Source: Octopus bimaculoides (lineage: Eukaryota). Taken from it: a stretch of 64,000 bases of DNA. The notes under the pieces were generated by a model. The model was not told where the DNA came from. It worked only from the letters and a program-made list of their open reading frames with translations, and did no database searches. The position numbers were made by a program, and so were the translations under genes. How positions within the stretch are numbered: position 1 is the stretch's first letter; every line of letters begins with the position of its first letter. This document shows positions 12,699-23,484 of the stretch, one piece after another. The stretch spans positions 37,525,417-37,589,416 of the forward strand of contig NC_068990.1 of assembly GCF_001194135.2 (NCBI RefSeq). The letters run 5' to 3'.

Positions 12699-13109
12699 AC
12701 CACGTATTGAATACTTAGTCATATTTGCAAAACATTCTTCTTATGCTTCATATGCTTCATATGGACATAAAACAACTAGGAGTTACATATGCACTACATT
12801 GCAAATCAAGACAAAAAAACTGAAAGAAAAACCATAGGCAGACATTAGTGGATAATATGTACATACTGTATAGAATATGACACAAACATAGAAGATAACT
12901 GCGGATAGTAATAGTTGTAACACAGCATACTGTTAGTATAATGACACAGAAAACTTTCACCAGGCAAAAATCAAAAAAATAACCACATGACTATTGATGT
13001 ATAAATTTACTAATCAAATCCAAGATTCATGTACTCAGAAGTACATCTCTAAATAAAAAGTTGCTTATATAAATGGGTATATGTTTGTGTGTGTGTATAT
13101 ATATTCTAT

Positions 13110-13335
13110 CCTTTCTTTCTTTTTCTTTTATTTGTTTCAGTCATTTGACTTCGGCCATGCTTGAGCACTGCTTTTAGTCAAACAAATTGACTCCGGGACT
13201 TTTTCTTTGTAAGCCTAGTACTTATTCTACTGGTCTCTTTTGCCGAACCACTTAGTTACGGGCACATAAACAAACCATCATTGGTTGTCAACTGATGGTG
13301 GGGAAGACAAACACAGACACATACATATATACATA
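13110..13335 (-). mobile_element. 3' half of SINE family A
   Basis: Reverse complement of the ...GCATGGCCG-AGTCAAATGACTGAAACAA terminus seen at 24500-24540. Confidence 0.8.
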
Positions 13336-13805
13336 TACGAGGGGTGTCTGATGTTGATTATGATGATGATGAGAATGAGGAGGATGGGGGGGTGAGGGGA
13401 GGAAGAGATGAGGAAGAGGTGAGGAGGTGGTGGTGGTGGAGGAAGAGGAGCATCACAACAATTATGATGACAAAGATAATGACAACATGATGATGACAAC
13501 ATGATGATGATGATGATAATGGTGGAGACAAGGATGATCATAATGAAGATTTTGATGGTGACACTGATGAAAATCTATAGCTAATACTTACAATTGCAGC
13601 AAATAGCAAAATAAAAAGATTTTCTAATTTATAAGGACTTAAAAAAGAACATTAGAAATTTCATGAATCAAACAATCCTAAAGGGCATAGGTGATTAGTT
13701 TTATCATATTTCATGTATTCTTTATCATTTACTTGTTTCAGTCATTGGACAGCAGCCTGATACTTTCTATATTTACATTTGACGGATATTTGTCCTCATC
13801 ATGTT

Positions 13806-13852
13806 TGTTAACACATTTCGGCTGATATGCCCTCTAGCCTTCATCAGGTGTC
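13806..13852 (-). ncRNA. Degenerate second copy of the hammerhead motif
   Basis: The reverse complement reads GACAC CTGATGA A GGCTA gagggcatat CAGCC GAAA T GTGTT. The GTT triplet is deleted. Confidence 0.6.
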
Positions 13853-14077
13853 TTAGGGAAATTTTGAACCTGGGTTCTCATTCCTTAGGTATATTTCGAT
13901 GTTATTGTTATTATTATTATTATCATTATTATTATTCAGGTCACTGCTTGGAATTGAACTCGGAATCTTGGGGTTAGTAGCCCGTGCTCATAACCACTAC
14001 ACCCACGGGCATATGGTGTAGTGGTTAAGAGTGCGGGCTACTAACCCCAAGATTCCGAGTTAGATTCCAGGCAGTGA

Positions 14078-14108
<31 letters not shown>

Positions 14109-14198
14109 CATGATGATGACGATGATGATAATAATAGTAATAATAACAATAATAATGATGATCATGATCATGATAACGACAACAACAACAACAACAAC

Positions 14199-14248
<50 letters not shown>

Positions 14249-14318
14249 TAATAATAATAATGACAACAACATCGAAAAATACCTTAGGAATGAGAACCCA
14301 GGTTCGAAATTTCCCCAA

Positions 14319-14364
14319 GACACCTGATGAAGACTGGAGGGTATATCAGCCGAAATGTTGTGTT
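14319..14364 (+). ncRNA. Minimal type I hammerhead ribozyme motif (Penelope-type), probably impaired in this copy
   Basis: GACAC CTGATGA A GACTG gagggtatat CAGCC GAAA T GTT GTGTT. It has both catalytic boxes, stem I GACAC/GTGTT, stem II with one mismatch, a loopless stem III and a GUU triplet. Confidence 0.7.
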
Positions 14365-14421
14365 AACAACAAACAAGATGAGGACAAATATCTGTCAAAT
14401 GTGAAAAAATGTAAATAATGT

Positions 14422-14720
14422 AGCCTGATACTTATTCTCTTGATTTCTTTTGCTAAATCACTAAGTTCTGGGATGTAGACGAAGCACAACTTGTTCTAAA
14501 GTAAGGGTTGAGGACAAGCACGAACACAAAGACATACACAGAGATATATACATATGCACACACATGCACCTACACACTTATATATATGCAGCAGGCTTCT
14601 TATAGTTTTCATCTGCCAAATCCATTAAGAGAACTTTGGCTGGTGTAAAGTGTCACAAAGTGGGATTGAACCTGGCACCATGTGGCTGGGAAGCAAACTT
14701 CTTAACATACAGCCATATCT
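14422..14720 (-). mobile_element. Old SINE family A copy that hosts the palindromic insertion (its 3' end is at about 13720-13765)
   Basis: SINE A sequence continues on both sides of the insertion; the head is at about 14650-14715. Confidence 0.7.
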
Positions 14721-15587
14721 ATAGGGAGCATTTATGAAGACAAAAAAATAGAAAAATTTCATTTTCAATAAACAAACATTTAGTCAATTCTCTATTAAAG
14801 GATAAAAAAATATATATATAATAAATAAGTAAAAAAAAAAAAACTCTGATCAGTTCAAGTGATTTAAATTTAGAGCAATAAAATATCAGACTGTCAGAGA
14901 TATCCAGTGCAACTATCAAGTCATTCCTCATTCCACACCCCTGAAAAGAATTTCTTTCCAAGTTTCTAACAATATTGTGCAGTACTAAGATGAACTCCAC
15001 TCTAAATTGCCAAAGAAACTGATCTCTCCTTCAATAGTTACAGCCCTCAGTGACACATAAGTGTTACAAAATGTTTGTGAGAATTTTCCGAACAACAGCA
15101 TATTTATATATAAGTATATTTAATATACACACACACATGCATACATACACACACACACACACACATATCTATGTGCGGCAGTGTGGGTGGGTGTGCATTT
15201 ATGCACAACATATTATGAAAGCAGAACATTCTGAGCAATATACAGATTTTTCTTCCCCTCCCAAACACATCCATAGCAAATTCATCAGATAGTTTTCAAT
15301 ATAGCTATTTGTGTACTGTATTATAATTGGTAGAAAATTATTGTGTTTTCCTTATCTTGCATTTCTGATATCAGACTAACGTCTGCATTATCATCATCGT
15401 CGTCATCATTGTCATCATCATCATCATCATTAAACATCCACTTTTCTATATTTACATGGAGTCATGGAATCATACGAAATTTGTTGAGGAAAATTTTCTA
15501 TGGCCAGATGCACTTCCAGTTACCAACCCTCAGCCACTCAAAAGATTAAAAAAATATATAATAAATATCTAAAAAATATCTATGTAA

Positions 15588-15621
<34 letters not shown>

Positions 15622-15764
15622 ATTGAAATATTAACTTACTTGGGAACAAAAGAAATATATATGTATATAATGTCATTGAAGAATTACAAAAAGCTTAAAA
15701 CAGTTCAGCTACACCTAAAACTGTATCTTTAATTACAACACACAATCCAAGAAATTTAGAAACT

Positions 15765-16150
15765 ATTGAGCATTATCCATCATAACATACTGTTATTGAG
15801 GCAAGCCCCTAGGAAGGCACTTGAATCCTATGAAATAATCAAATGCAAAAGGCAACCAAAGTCCTTAAAAAACTGCTTACCAAGAAAATACAACTACAGA
15901 CTCAACTCCAAAAGTTTAAGTGTGGTTGACCAAATAGTGGAACTTGTGAGAATCTTATTGAGAGCACAACTTATAAATTTGAATCAGGATGAGTCTTTAC
16001 TGTGAAAAACCATTTTACTTGTTCTTCACAAAATTTAATGTAAGCCAACAAATGCAATAGAGGCAGGGACTAAATATTTATCATCAACAAATACCTGATC
16101 CCAAAACTAGACAAATTCCAGTTTTGAACATCTGTGTTCAAGTAGATGTT
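15765..16150 (+). pseudogene. Penelope-like element remnant (RT-endonuclease linker and GIY-YIG region)
   Basis: With frameshifts and stops it reads IIKCKRQPKSLKKLLTK...KCG*PNSGTCENLIESTTYKFESG*VFTVKNHFTCSSQNLM*...HQQIPDPKTRQIP. This matches the KRQPxNLK / CxxxxCxxC / CxSxNLIY / HRQQIRDP pattern of PLE proteins. Confidence 0.75.
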
Positions 16151-16234
16151 TATTGATATACATACAATCCTAAGAAGTTAAATTAAATTCAGGAAAATAA
16201 ATTGTTGTAGAAATGATTATTCATTGTCATTTAG

Positions 16235-16627
16235 AATTATTTAATGTTCTCTCTCATTCTTGTGTGTTTGCAAATGTTCAAACTGCCTTCCTTCATTTTC
16301 CAAACAAAGCTGATAATGTTCAACAATGGATTCGCTAACATTGCCAAACATTTCATTTGGAATTGCAAGACATTGTATTCGAATTTCATCTTTCAAATCC
16401 TCAATTGTCACTGGTTTTGCAGTGTAAACCTTCCCTTTGAGATGTCCCTACAAAAAAAAAAAAAAAAAAAATCCACTGGCCTGAGGTCTGGGGAACTTGC
16501 AGGAAATTCAACGCTACCTCTCCTCCCAATCCATTTGTTTGGATTTGTTGCATAGAGGTAAGCCCGTACAAAAAACAATACATTAGTAATCGTCTGTCAA
16601 AGAGTGAGTACATCTTTTTGGGACACC

Positions 16628-16630
<3 letters not shown>
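16235..16630 (-). mobile_element. Internally deleted Tc1/mariner-superfamily element (maT/rosa-like): 5' TIR plus transposase C-terminus
   Basis: Starts with CAGGGTGTCCCAAAAAG, then encodes NKWIGRRGSVEFPASSPDLRPVDFF..GHLKGKVYTAKPVTIEDLKDEI...CLENEGRQFEHL. Confidence 0.85.
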
Positions 16631-16663
<33 letters not shown>

Positions 16664-16664
16664 T

Positions 16665-16850
16665 GGCTTCAAATTTTGGCATAAGGCCAACAAGTTCAGG
16701 GAAGCGGGTAAGTCATTTACACTGACCCCAGTGGTCAACTGGTACACTTTTCATCAAACTTGAAAGGATGAAAGGCAAAGGCAATTCAGAACATAAAAAC
16801 CGACGAAATGCTACAAAGCATTTAGCCCTGATTGTTAACAATTCTGCCAG
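16665..16850 (-). mobile_element. SINE family B copy
   Basis: Reverse complement of the family whose plus-strand copy is at 28245-28480. Further copies lie near 27720, 36080, 37040 and 60490. Confidence 0.75.
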
Positions 16851-17982
16851 CTCATGTGTATATATGTTGGCAACAGGAAAGGTATCCAACTGTAGAAAGT
16901 CTTCTTCAAAAACGTCTGATATATGGAGAAGTGGATGTGAAATTATGATGATAAGGATTGTTTCATTTTAAATTTAATAGATATACACCACTGACATTCT
17001 AGGTTTCTATTTAATGTGACTCCTTCCTTTCCTAGAAACTTACGTTCATCTGTCTATGTTAGAAATCAAGAGTATTGAATGATGTTTTCACAATGCCAGA
17101 ATAATGGATGGGAAATTCATGGTTTTACTGAATCACTGTTGATCATTGGATTGCCACTCAAACAAATTTAATCTGGATTGATTCATCAAAAACATCGTTA
17201 TTATTGTTATCCAGCTTACTATTTTTCTATTTCACGTAAATAATAAGAGATGAGGTTGGGATGGATGTCTCAAGAAGCTGGTAGTTGGGAAGCAGACAGA
17301 CAAAAGTATTCAAAGGTGCAAGATGCAGAGCAAACAGTGAGGCTGTGTTTATGTTTATCCAGTGAGAGATAATAGAAAATGGACATGTTTACGACATTTT
17401 CTTCTGATCACTCCACCAAAAGACCTGCTAGAACTCAATTTTGAAAAATGGTTATTTATGTTTTGATTATATATTTTCAACATTGTTTTGCCTTAATTTT
17501 ATATTTTTTTTTTCCTGTTCACTTTTTCATTATCATCCTCTATGCAACTAATTTTCCAACAATTTCCAACCACAAATACTGACTACTTAATGTTTTTGAT
17601 TAAAATTATATTTATATAATTTTTTAAAATCTTTTTAATATACATACTTTCTATATATTGTATTATATATATTGTCTTTGGAATACTTTCTTTAATTTCT
17701 TTTTCTTTTTGTGCAGTGATATGAATATTTATTTGTCTTCTGACATTTTTCTCCATTATAGTTTTTATATTGATAAATTGAACTCAAATGATCCTGTTTT
17801 TCTGTTATTGTAAAAATGACAAACAAAAAATCAGATAATAAAGCCACTGGTTCATTGTTAAAAAAGAACGAAAAATGTGTACCATATATGTTTTCAACAT
17901 GTGTGACAATATCTATATGCATATATGCGTGTGTATGAGTGTGTGCATTTATATAGGTGAGTATGAGTGTACATGCATGCAT

Positions 17983-18083
17983 CCATTTTTGTTTCTTTCT
18001 TGAATTTTTATCAATAGAGAAAGGAACCAGTTCTAACCCTGAAGCAAGACTCCTTCATTATAATTTAGACATTAAATGGATTG
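17983..18083 (-). mobile_element. Older isolated 3' UTR of the same RLE-LINE family
   Basis: Aligns to 18154-18270 (AATGAAGGA..CTTG...GGTTAGAA..GG..CTTTCTCTATTG). Confidence 0.65.
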
Positions 18084-18153
18084 CTATGTATGTACGTATG
18101 TATGTATATGTGTGTGTGCATATATCAATATATGTATGTGTGTGCATATATAT

Positions 18154-19800
18154 GTCATTGTTCAGTTTCATTTGATGATTTCTTGCCAATATAGAAAGAG
18201 TTGGTTTTTAACCAACATCCAAGGTCCCTTCATTGGAATTTCAACATCAATAACAGGGTATTTTTGTTTGTATGTATATATGCTGTTTGTTTGTATATAT
18301 GTATGTATGTATATATTTATGTGAGTATATGTGCAAATTTGAATGTTTTGTTTTATGTATGTATTCTCATGTATATATTTGCATATCTAGAATTGCTCAT
18401 ATATATTTAAATGATAAACTTCTGGAAAGTTTTACAGATTTTTATTGTTCCAGTGATGGACTGGATCAATAGTCTTCAAATTAGCTTTCTCCTTTCTAGT
18501 TTTGAGAAGCCTAGTTTATCAAGATTGGTATTTGGTCAGTGTGTTACATAGCCCAGGGGCCCAATAATTACAGGTTTAAAACTGAACTTGTAATCTGGAT
18601 TGAGCAACTGCAGGTTTCTCAATAGTTCAGCGTATGTATTCTCTTTTTCACTGACCTTCAGCTTTATAGCTGGGCAGCTAATTTCCACCACTGTATGCAA
18701 TTTCTCTTCTCTATCCTAAATCATTATATCAGGTCTATTGTGCTTACATTTTATTGAGGTCTTCACTGGGACATTCCACCAGTACTCCTTTTTATTATGA
18801 ATGGCTGTCTTCTACGATACTGAGAGTTCTTATTTTTTTGTTTTCGGGGTTATCCTTCTGATGGATTTCATTTTAGAATGTCTTAGTCACAATATCATGT
18901 CTCATCAGTAGATAATACCATGATGACATTTTTGGACAACTGCTTATGATGTGGGTGATATCTTTGGTGTTAACTCCACAAAATCTGCATCGGCTGTTAC
19001 ATTTTACTGATTTTCCTGCATTTCTATCCCTTTTGTGCATCAGGTATTTGGTTGATATTTCCTGTTCCTGGATTGCAAATAGAAATTAGAAGGCAGTTCC
19101 TTTAGCAACATTCCTTGTTTGATAACCTAGAGTACATGCCCCAAAAGTTGCAGAACTCTACCACAATGTATCATTAGATGAAAGGTTGGAGGTAGTAATC
19201 TGATTGCTTTGAGGATCAATGTTACTATCATCTCAGAACTTTCTACTAACATATCCATGCATAGTCTTCTGCCCATATAGGCTCTAGGCTCATCCTTTCA
19301 TCTAATGATACATTGTGGTAGAGTTCTGCAACTTTTGGGGCATGTACTCTAGGTTATCAAACAAGGAATGTTGCTAAAGGAACTGCCTTCTAATTTCTAT
19401 GATGCTATCAGCCTCATGTATGCAAACTTGATCAAGGGATGCACTTCGACAATTGGGGATTAAAAGATGTTGCTGAAGGGATATGATATAACATTCAAAG
19501 GCATTTTGGATTGATGTTAAGCCTCTGCTGCCTTGTTTTCATTTTAGAGTCTATGTCACGGTTTATGTGGAAATTATGTGTGCTTGTTAGTATTTTTCAA
19601 GTTTTAATATCAATAGCTTGGATCTTTTCAAGCATCCAATCAAATGTTTGTATAAGCACTGGCAGTGCAAACATATTGTGAGCCACTGTTTTATTGAATG
19701 CAGAGAGTTCTGAAGACCAAATCTTTTTTTTTCAGCTGTAATATTCTTTAGTGACACATGTTTTGTTACAGGTGCCATTGTAAGATATGTTTTCATGTTT
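18154..19800 (-). pseudogene. 3' part of an R4/Dong-like non-LTR retrotransposon (post-RT region, CCHC finger, restriction-like endonuclease, 3' UTR)
   Basis: Reads KEYYS*KKKIWSSELSAFNKTVAHNMFALPVL...KTMHGYVSRK...FAIQEQEISTKYL...CRFCGVNTKDITHIISSCPKM...RHD...KHNRPDIMI...VVEISCP...PVIIGPLGYV. The CCHC, RHD and PD-(D/E) motifs are those of RLE-clade LINEs. It contains many stops. Confidence 0.85.
19079..19400. repeat. Perfect 107-bp inverted repeat with a 108-bp spacer
   Basis: 19079-19185 is the exact reverse complement of 19294-19400 (checked base by base). Confidence 0.95.
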
Positions 19801-20519
19801 TCATGTATGTATTATCTATCTATTTATTGTCCTGAGTATAACTTTAAATGCATCCATTGAAGGGGCCCTGGTATGGGACTTCCATGGTTTCAAAGGCCAT
19901 TATTGTTCCCAGGTCTGCTCTGACCCTGAGTAGTAGCACATGTTATGGTTCCATCAATAGATTAAGTAACATGTGAATGATTGGAAGTGAGGGATCCCTA
20001 ATTCTTGTAAGAATGTTGACGTGAAACTGTTTTCAAAACATGCTTCTTATTTTAAACATTACTTAAAACAAAGCATTTTCATGGGGACATTTCTTAGAGT
20101 GTCTGCTCCTGTTTGATATTTAAAACCTTTGGCATATTTCCATAAGAGCCAAAAATTAAATGTAAAATGTAAGATTGAAACAGTCATATTTGCAGGCATC
20201 TGAAAACACGAAAGAATAATTAAATCTAAGTGTTTACTTATAATTTTTGTATAATATTTCATTTAAATCCAATTCACACACTCATCATGGTAGCTCACAT
20301 GGTACAATGGTTTTCAACTTATGTAGGTATTAACAAGACACAATTAATCAACCTTTTCTCCAACAAATCACTCACTACTGTGTCATAAAATGAGAGTACT
20401 AAACAATGTAGTATTGGATATAAAAAATATACAGGATAGTAATGGATGGAATGTCTTTAAGTATATGCCTCCTGGATACAAGAATAACTACATCAACAAC
20501 AGTAAGGTCTTATTAATAT

Positions 20520-20988
20520 TGGTTTCAAATTTTGGCACAAGGCCAGCAGTTTTGTGGGGAGGAGTAAGTTAATTACATTGATGCCGGTGTTTGGCTGATA
20601 CTTATTTTATTGATCCTGAAAGGAAGAAAGGCAAAGTCGACCTTGGCAGAATTTGAACTCAGAATAGAATGTAAAGACAGACTGCTAAGCATTTTGCCCA
20701 GTGTGCTAATGTTTCTAATTTCTTTACTGCCCACAAGGGGCTACACGCAGAGGGGACAAACAAGGACAGACAAACGGATTAAGTCAATTATATCGATCCC
20801 CAGTGCATAAGTGGTACTTATTTAACAGACCCCCGAAAGGATGAGAAGCAAAGTTGACCTCAGCGGAATTTGAACTCAGAACGTAGCGGCAGACAAAATA
20901 CTACTAAGCATTTCACCTGGCATGCTAACATTTCTGCCAGCTTGCTGCCTTCAGTGTGCTAATGTTTCTGCCAGCTCATGGCCTTAGC
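20520..20988 (-). mobile_element. SINE B nested inside another SINE B, with an 18-bp TSD
   Basis: CAGTGTGCTAATGTTTCT at 20699-20716 and 20952-20969 flanks a 235-bp inner copy. Confidence 0.85.
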
Positions 20989-21039
20989 TCCTATTGATAT
21001 TGACAGAGCACAACACATGCCCAAACAAATTTTACACAA

Positions 21040-21490
21040 CCCACAGAGCACTAAAAGAAGACTATACAGACTGGCAATAGAACCCCTACAACCACAAAGT
21101 AAACAAGAACTGACCCAAACGCAAAAATAAAAACATCAGATTCACTCGCACACAGACCCCCACAAAAATACATGACAAACACTGTATATTCACATTCACA
21201 CAAGGACCCTACAAAACCACACAACAATAACAAACAATAAAAGTTTCCCTCATACAGTGACCACAAGCAAATATACAACTGCAAAAAGCAACATAACAGA
21301 ATCACTCATCCTGAGACCCTAAAAAAAGTATATCAACTACAAGAAACACACAAGGATTATAAACAAGCATACAACAATAACAAACAAAACTACTGCTTCA
21401 CTCACAGAGGTCCTACATAAAATATACAACAAGAACTAGTAAAGCAACAGATAGAAATCAAACAAAGACCCTAAACAAACACACAAAACA
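21040..21490. repeat. Diverged ~150-bp tandem repeat with strong A/C skew, unclassified
   Basis: CACACAAGGA...ACAACAATAACAAACAA...AAATATACAAC...AAAGCAACA...GACCCTAAA occurs at about 21197 and about 21348. Confidence 0.5.
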
Positions 21491-21798
21491 ACAAACCTCA
21501 CACAATCTTTGCCACTAATCAACCAGCATTAAGAAACATTAATCTTCCTTCACTCAATCACATGTGAAGGACAGACTTTTTTGTTTTTGTTTTCTTTTTC
21601 TTTCAAAGCATCTAAATACTTTATTTTGTCTACATATATAACTGAATGTAATAAACCCCTGCACACATATACATACATACACACATACATACACATATAT
21701 ACACACACACACATATGTGCATGTATATGTATAAACATATATGCATATGTCTGTATATATATCTACATCATACTTATATATGTGTGTATATTTATATC

Positions 21799-21834
<36 letters not shown>

Positions 21835-21854
21835 AGAGAGAGAGAGAGACATAT

Positions 21855-21916
<62 letters not shown>

Positions 21917-22887
21917 ATGTGTGTATTTGTGTATGTATATGCATATAGATATCACTTGTTTATTTTGGGAAAAAAAAAAAAAAAATTACAAATGAAAGTA
22001 CACCATACAGTTTTGTTAATAAAGTGTAGAGACATGTTTATTCATATAGAAGTTATGATATGCAATCCTGTTTGATTTACATACACACTAACCTTAATAC
22101 CAATGTCCACGTGTATGTGTGTTTGTGTGTATATAAATATATATATATATATGTACACACACACACACATATTAGTAATATATACATTTGTATGCGCCGT
22201 ATATATACATATTTTTTCCACCATGGTCTTAGATCATTATCTAAAAGAAAGTTTATCGTCAATAGTTAAATAAAACTTACCAAAACTAATTAGAAAACTT
22301 TAGGAATATTGCTTGTTTATTCTTCTTTTAAGTACTTGATTATTTTCATTATTGTTGTAGTTGTTGTTTCTATCTGGGGATAAGGTGGGGGTAGGTATTA
22401 CTTCGTGTTTCGTTTTCCTTTTCTTTTGTTGACTCATCTAGGTTTCCTTTCAAAATGTCGGTTCATTCTCCTCTCCTAATACCTTTTTCATCTTTTTCCT
22501 AATATATCACATAACATAACATAATAATGATAGAGAAATCTGTATATTCACGTAGCACGTGTGTTTGTGTACTGGTGGTATATATATATATATATATATA
22601 GATATATAATATACTGATGTGTTTAGGGGTTTTCTGTGTATATGCACGTGTGTGTGTGTGTGTATTTGTACATGTTTATCTTTATTGGTGTGCTTGTTTG
22701 ATTTTGTATGTACTAATATATATACATACANNNNNNNNNNNNNNNNNNNNNNNNNNNNNNNNNNNNNNNNNNNNNNNNNNNNNNNNNNNNNNNNNNNNNN
22801 NNNNNNNNNNNNNNNNNNNNNNNNNNNNNNNNNNNNNNNNNNNNNNNNNNNNNNNNNNNNNNNNNNNNNNNNNNNNNNNNNNNNNNN

Positions 22888-22918
<31 letters not shown>

Positions 22919-23449
22919 AATATATAGACCACTCATGTATATTTGACAGTTACTTACATGTAATAATATGTGTTGAAACTCACTAAAACAACACAAGTGG
23001 TTGCAGTACCATCAAGGTCTACCACTAATTAAGAAGTTTTCTATGATCTTCCCTCCCTCCCCCTTCCCACTTTGATAAAAGAACTTTTCTCCGTTAATTC
23101 ACACATCTCTAATCTCAGCTTAATCTCAAACACCGCTAATGTAAAACTCTAATACGTTGCATGAAAAAACATGAAAAGAAAAAACAACATCTCGTCATGC
23201 TGAAATAAGTGTAAACAATATGTATGTGTATGTTTGTGTGTGTGTATAGGGATATATAGTGATATATATATATATATGTGTATATATATATATATATATA
23301 TTCTTATATACATATATGTATAAATACTCTTATATACATATATATGTATATATATATATATTCATATATATATATTTGTATATATATATGTGTGTGTGTG
23401 TATGTATATATGTTTGTATATATATATATGTGTGTGCGTNNNNNNNNNN

Positions 23450-23484
<35 letters not shown>

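Larger units (their letters stand above)
13766..14421. mobile_element. Palindromic (head-to-head) tRNA-headed SINE dimer with a hammerhead-containing tail and a 12-bp TSD
   Basis: The two arms are reverse complements about a centre at about 14004. Each arm consists of a tRNA-like head, an (AAT)n tract and a ~140-nt unique tail. The direct repeat AGCCTGATACTT occurs at 13754-13765 and 14422-14433. Confidence 0.9.

Noticed and set aside
14006-14078. Functional tRNA gene
   Set aside because: The anticodon stem pairs over only about 3 bp and there is no acceptor stem or T-run terminator. It is the SINE head.
14845-14940. vWA-like peptide GCGMRNDLIVALDISDSL after a minus-strand acceptor
   Set aside because: The DxSxS match is short, no good donor follows and the frame runs into poly-T. 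Likely chance.
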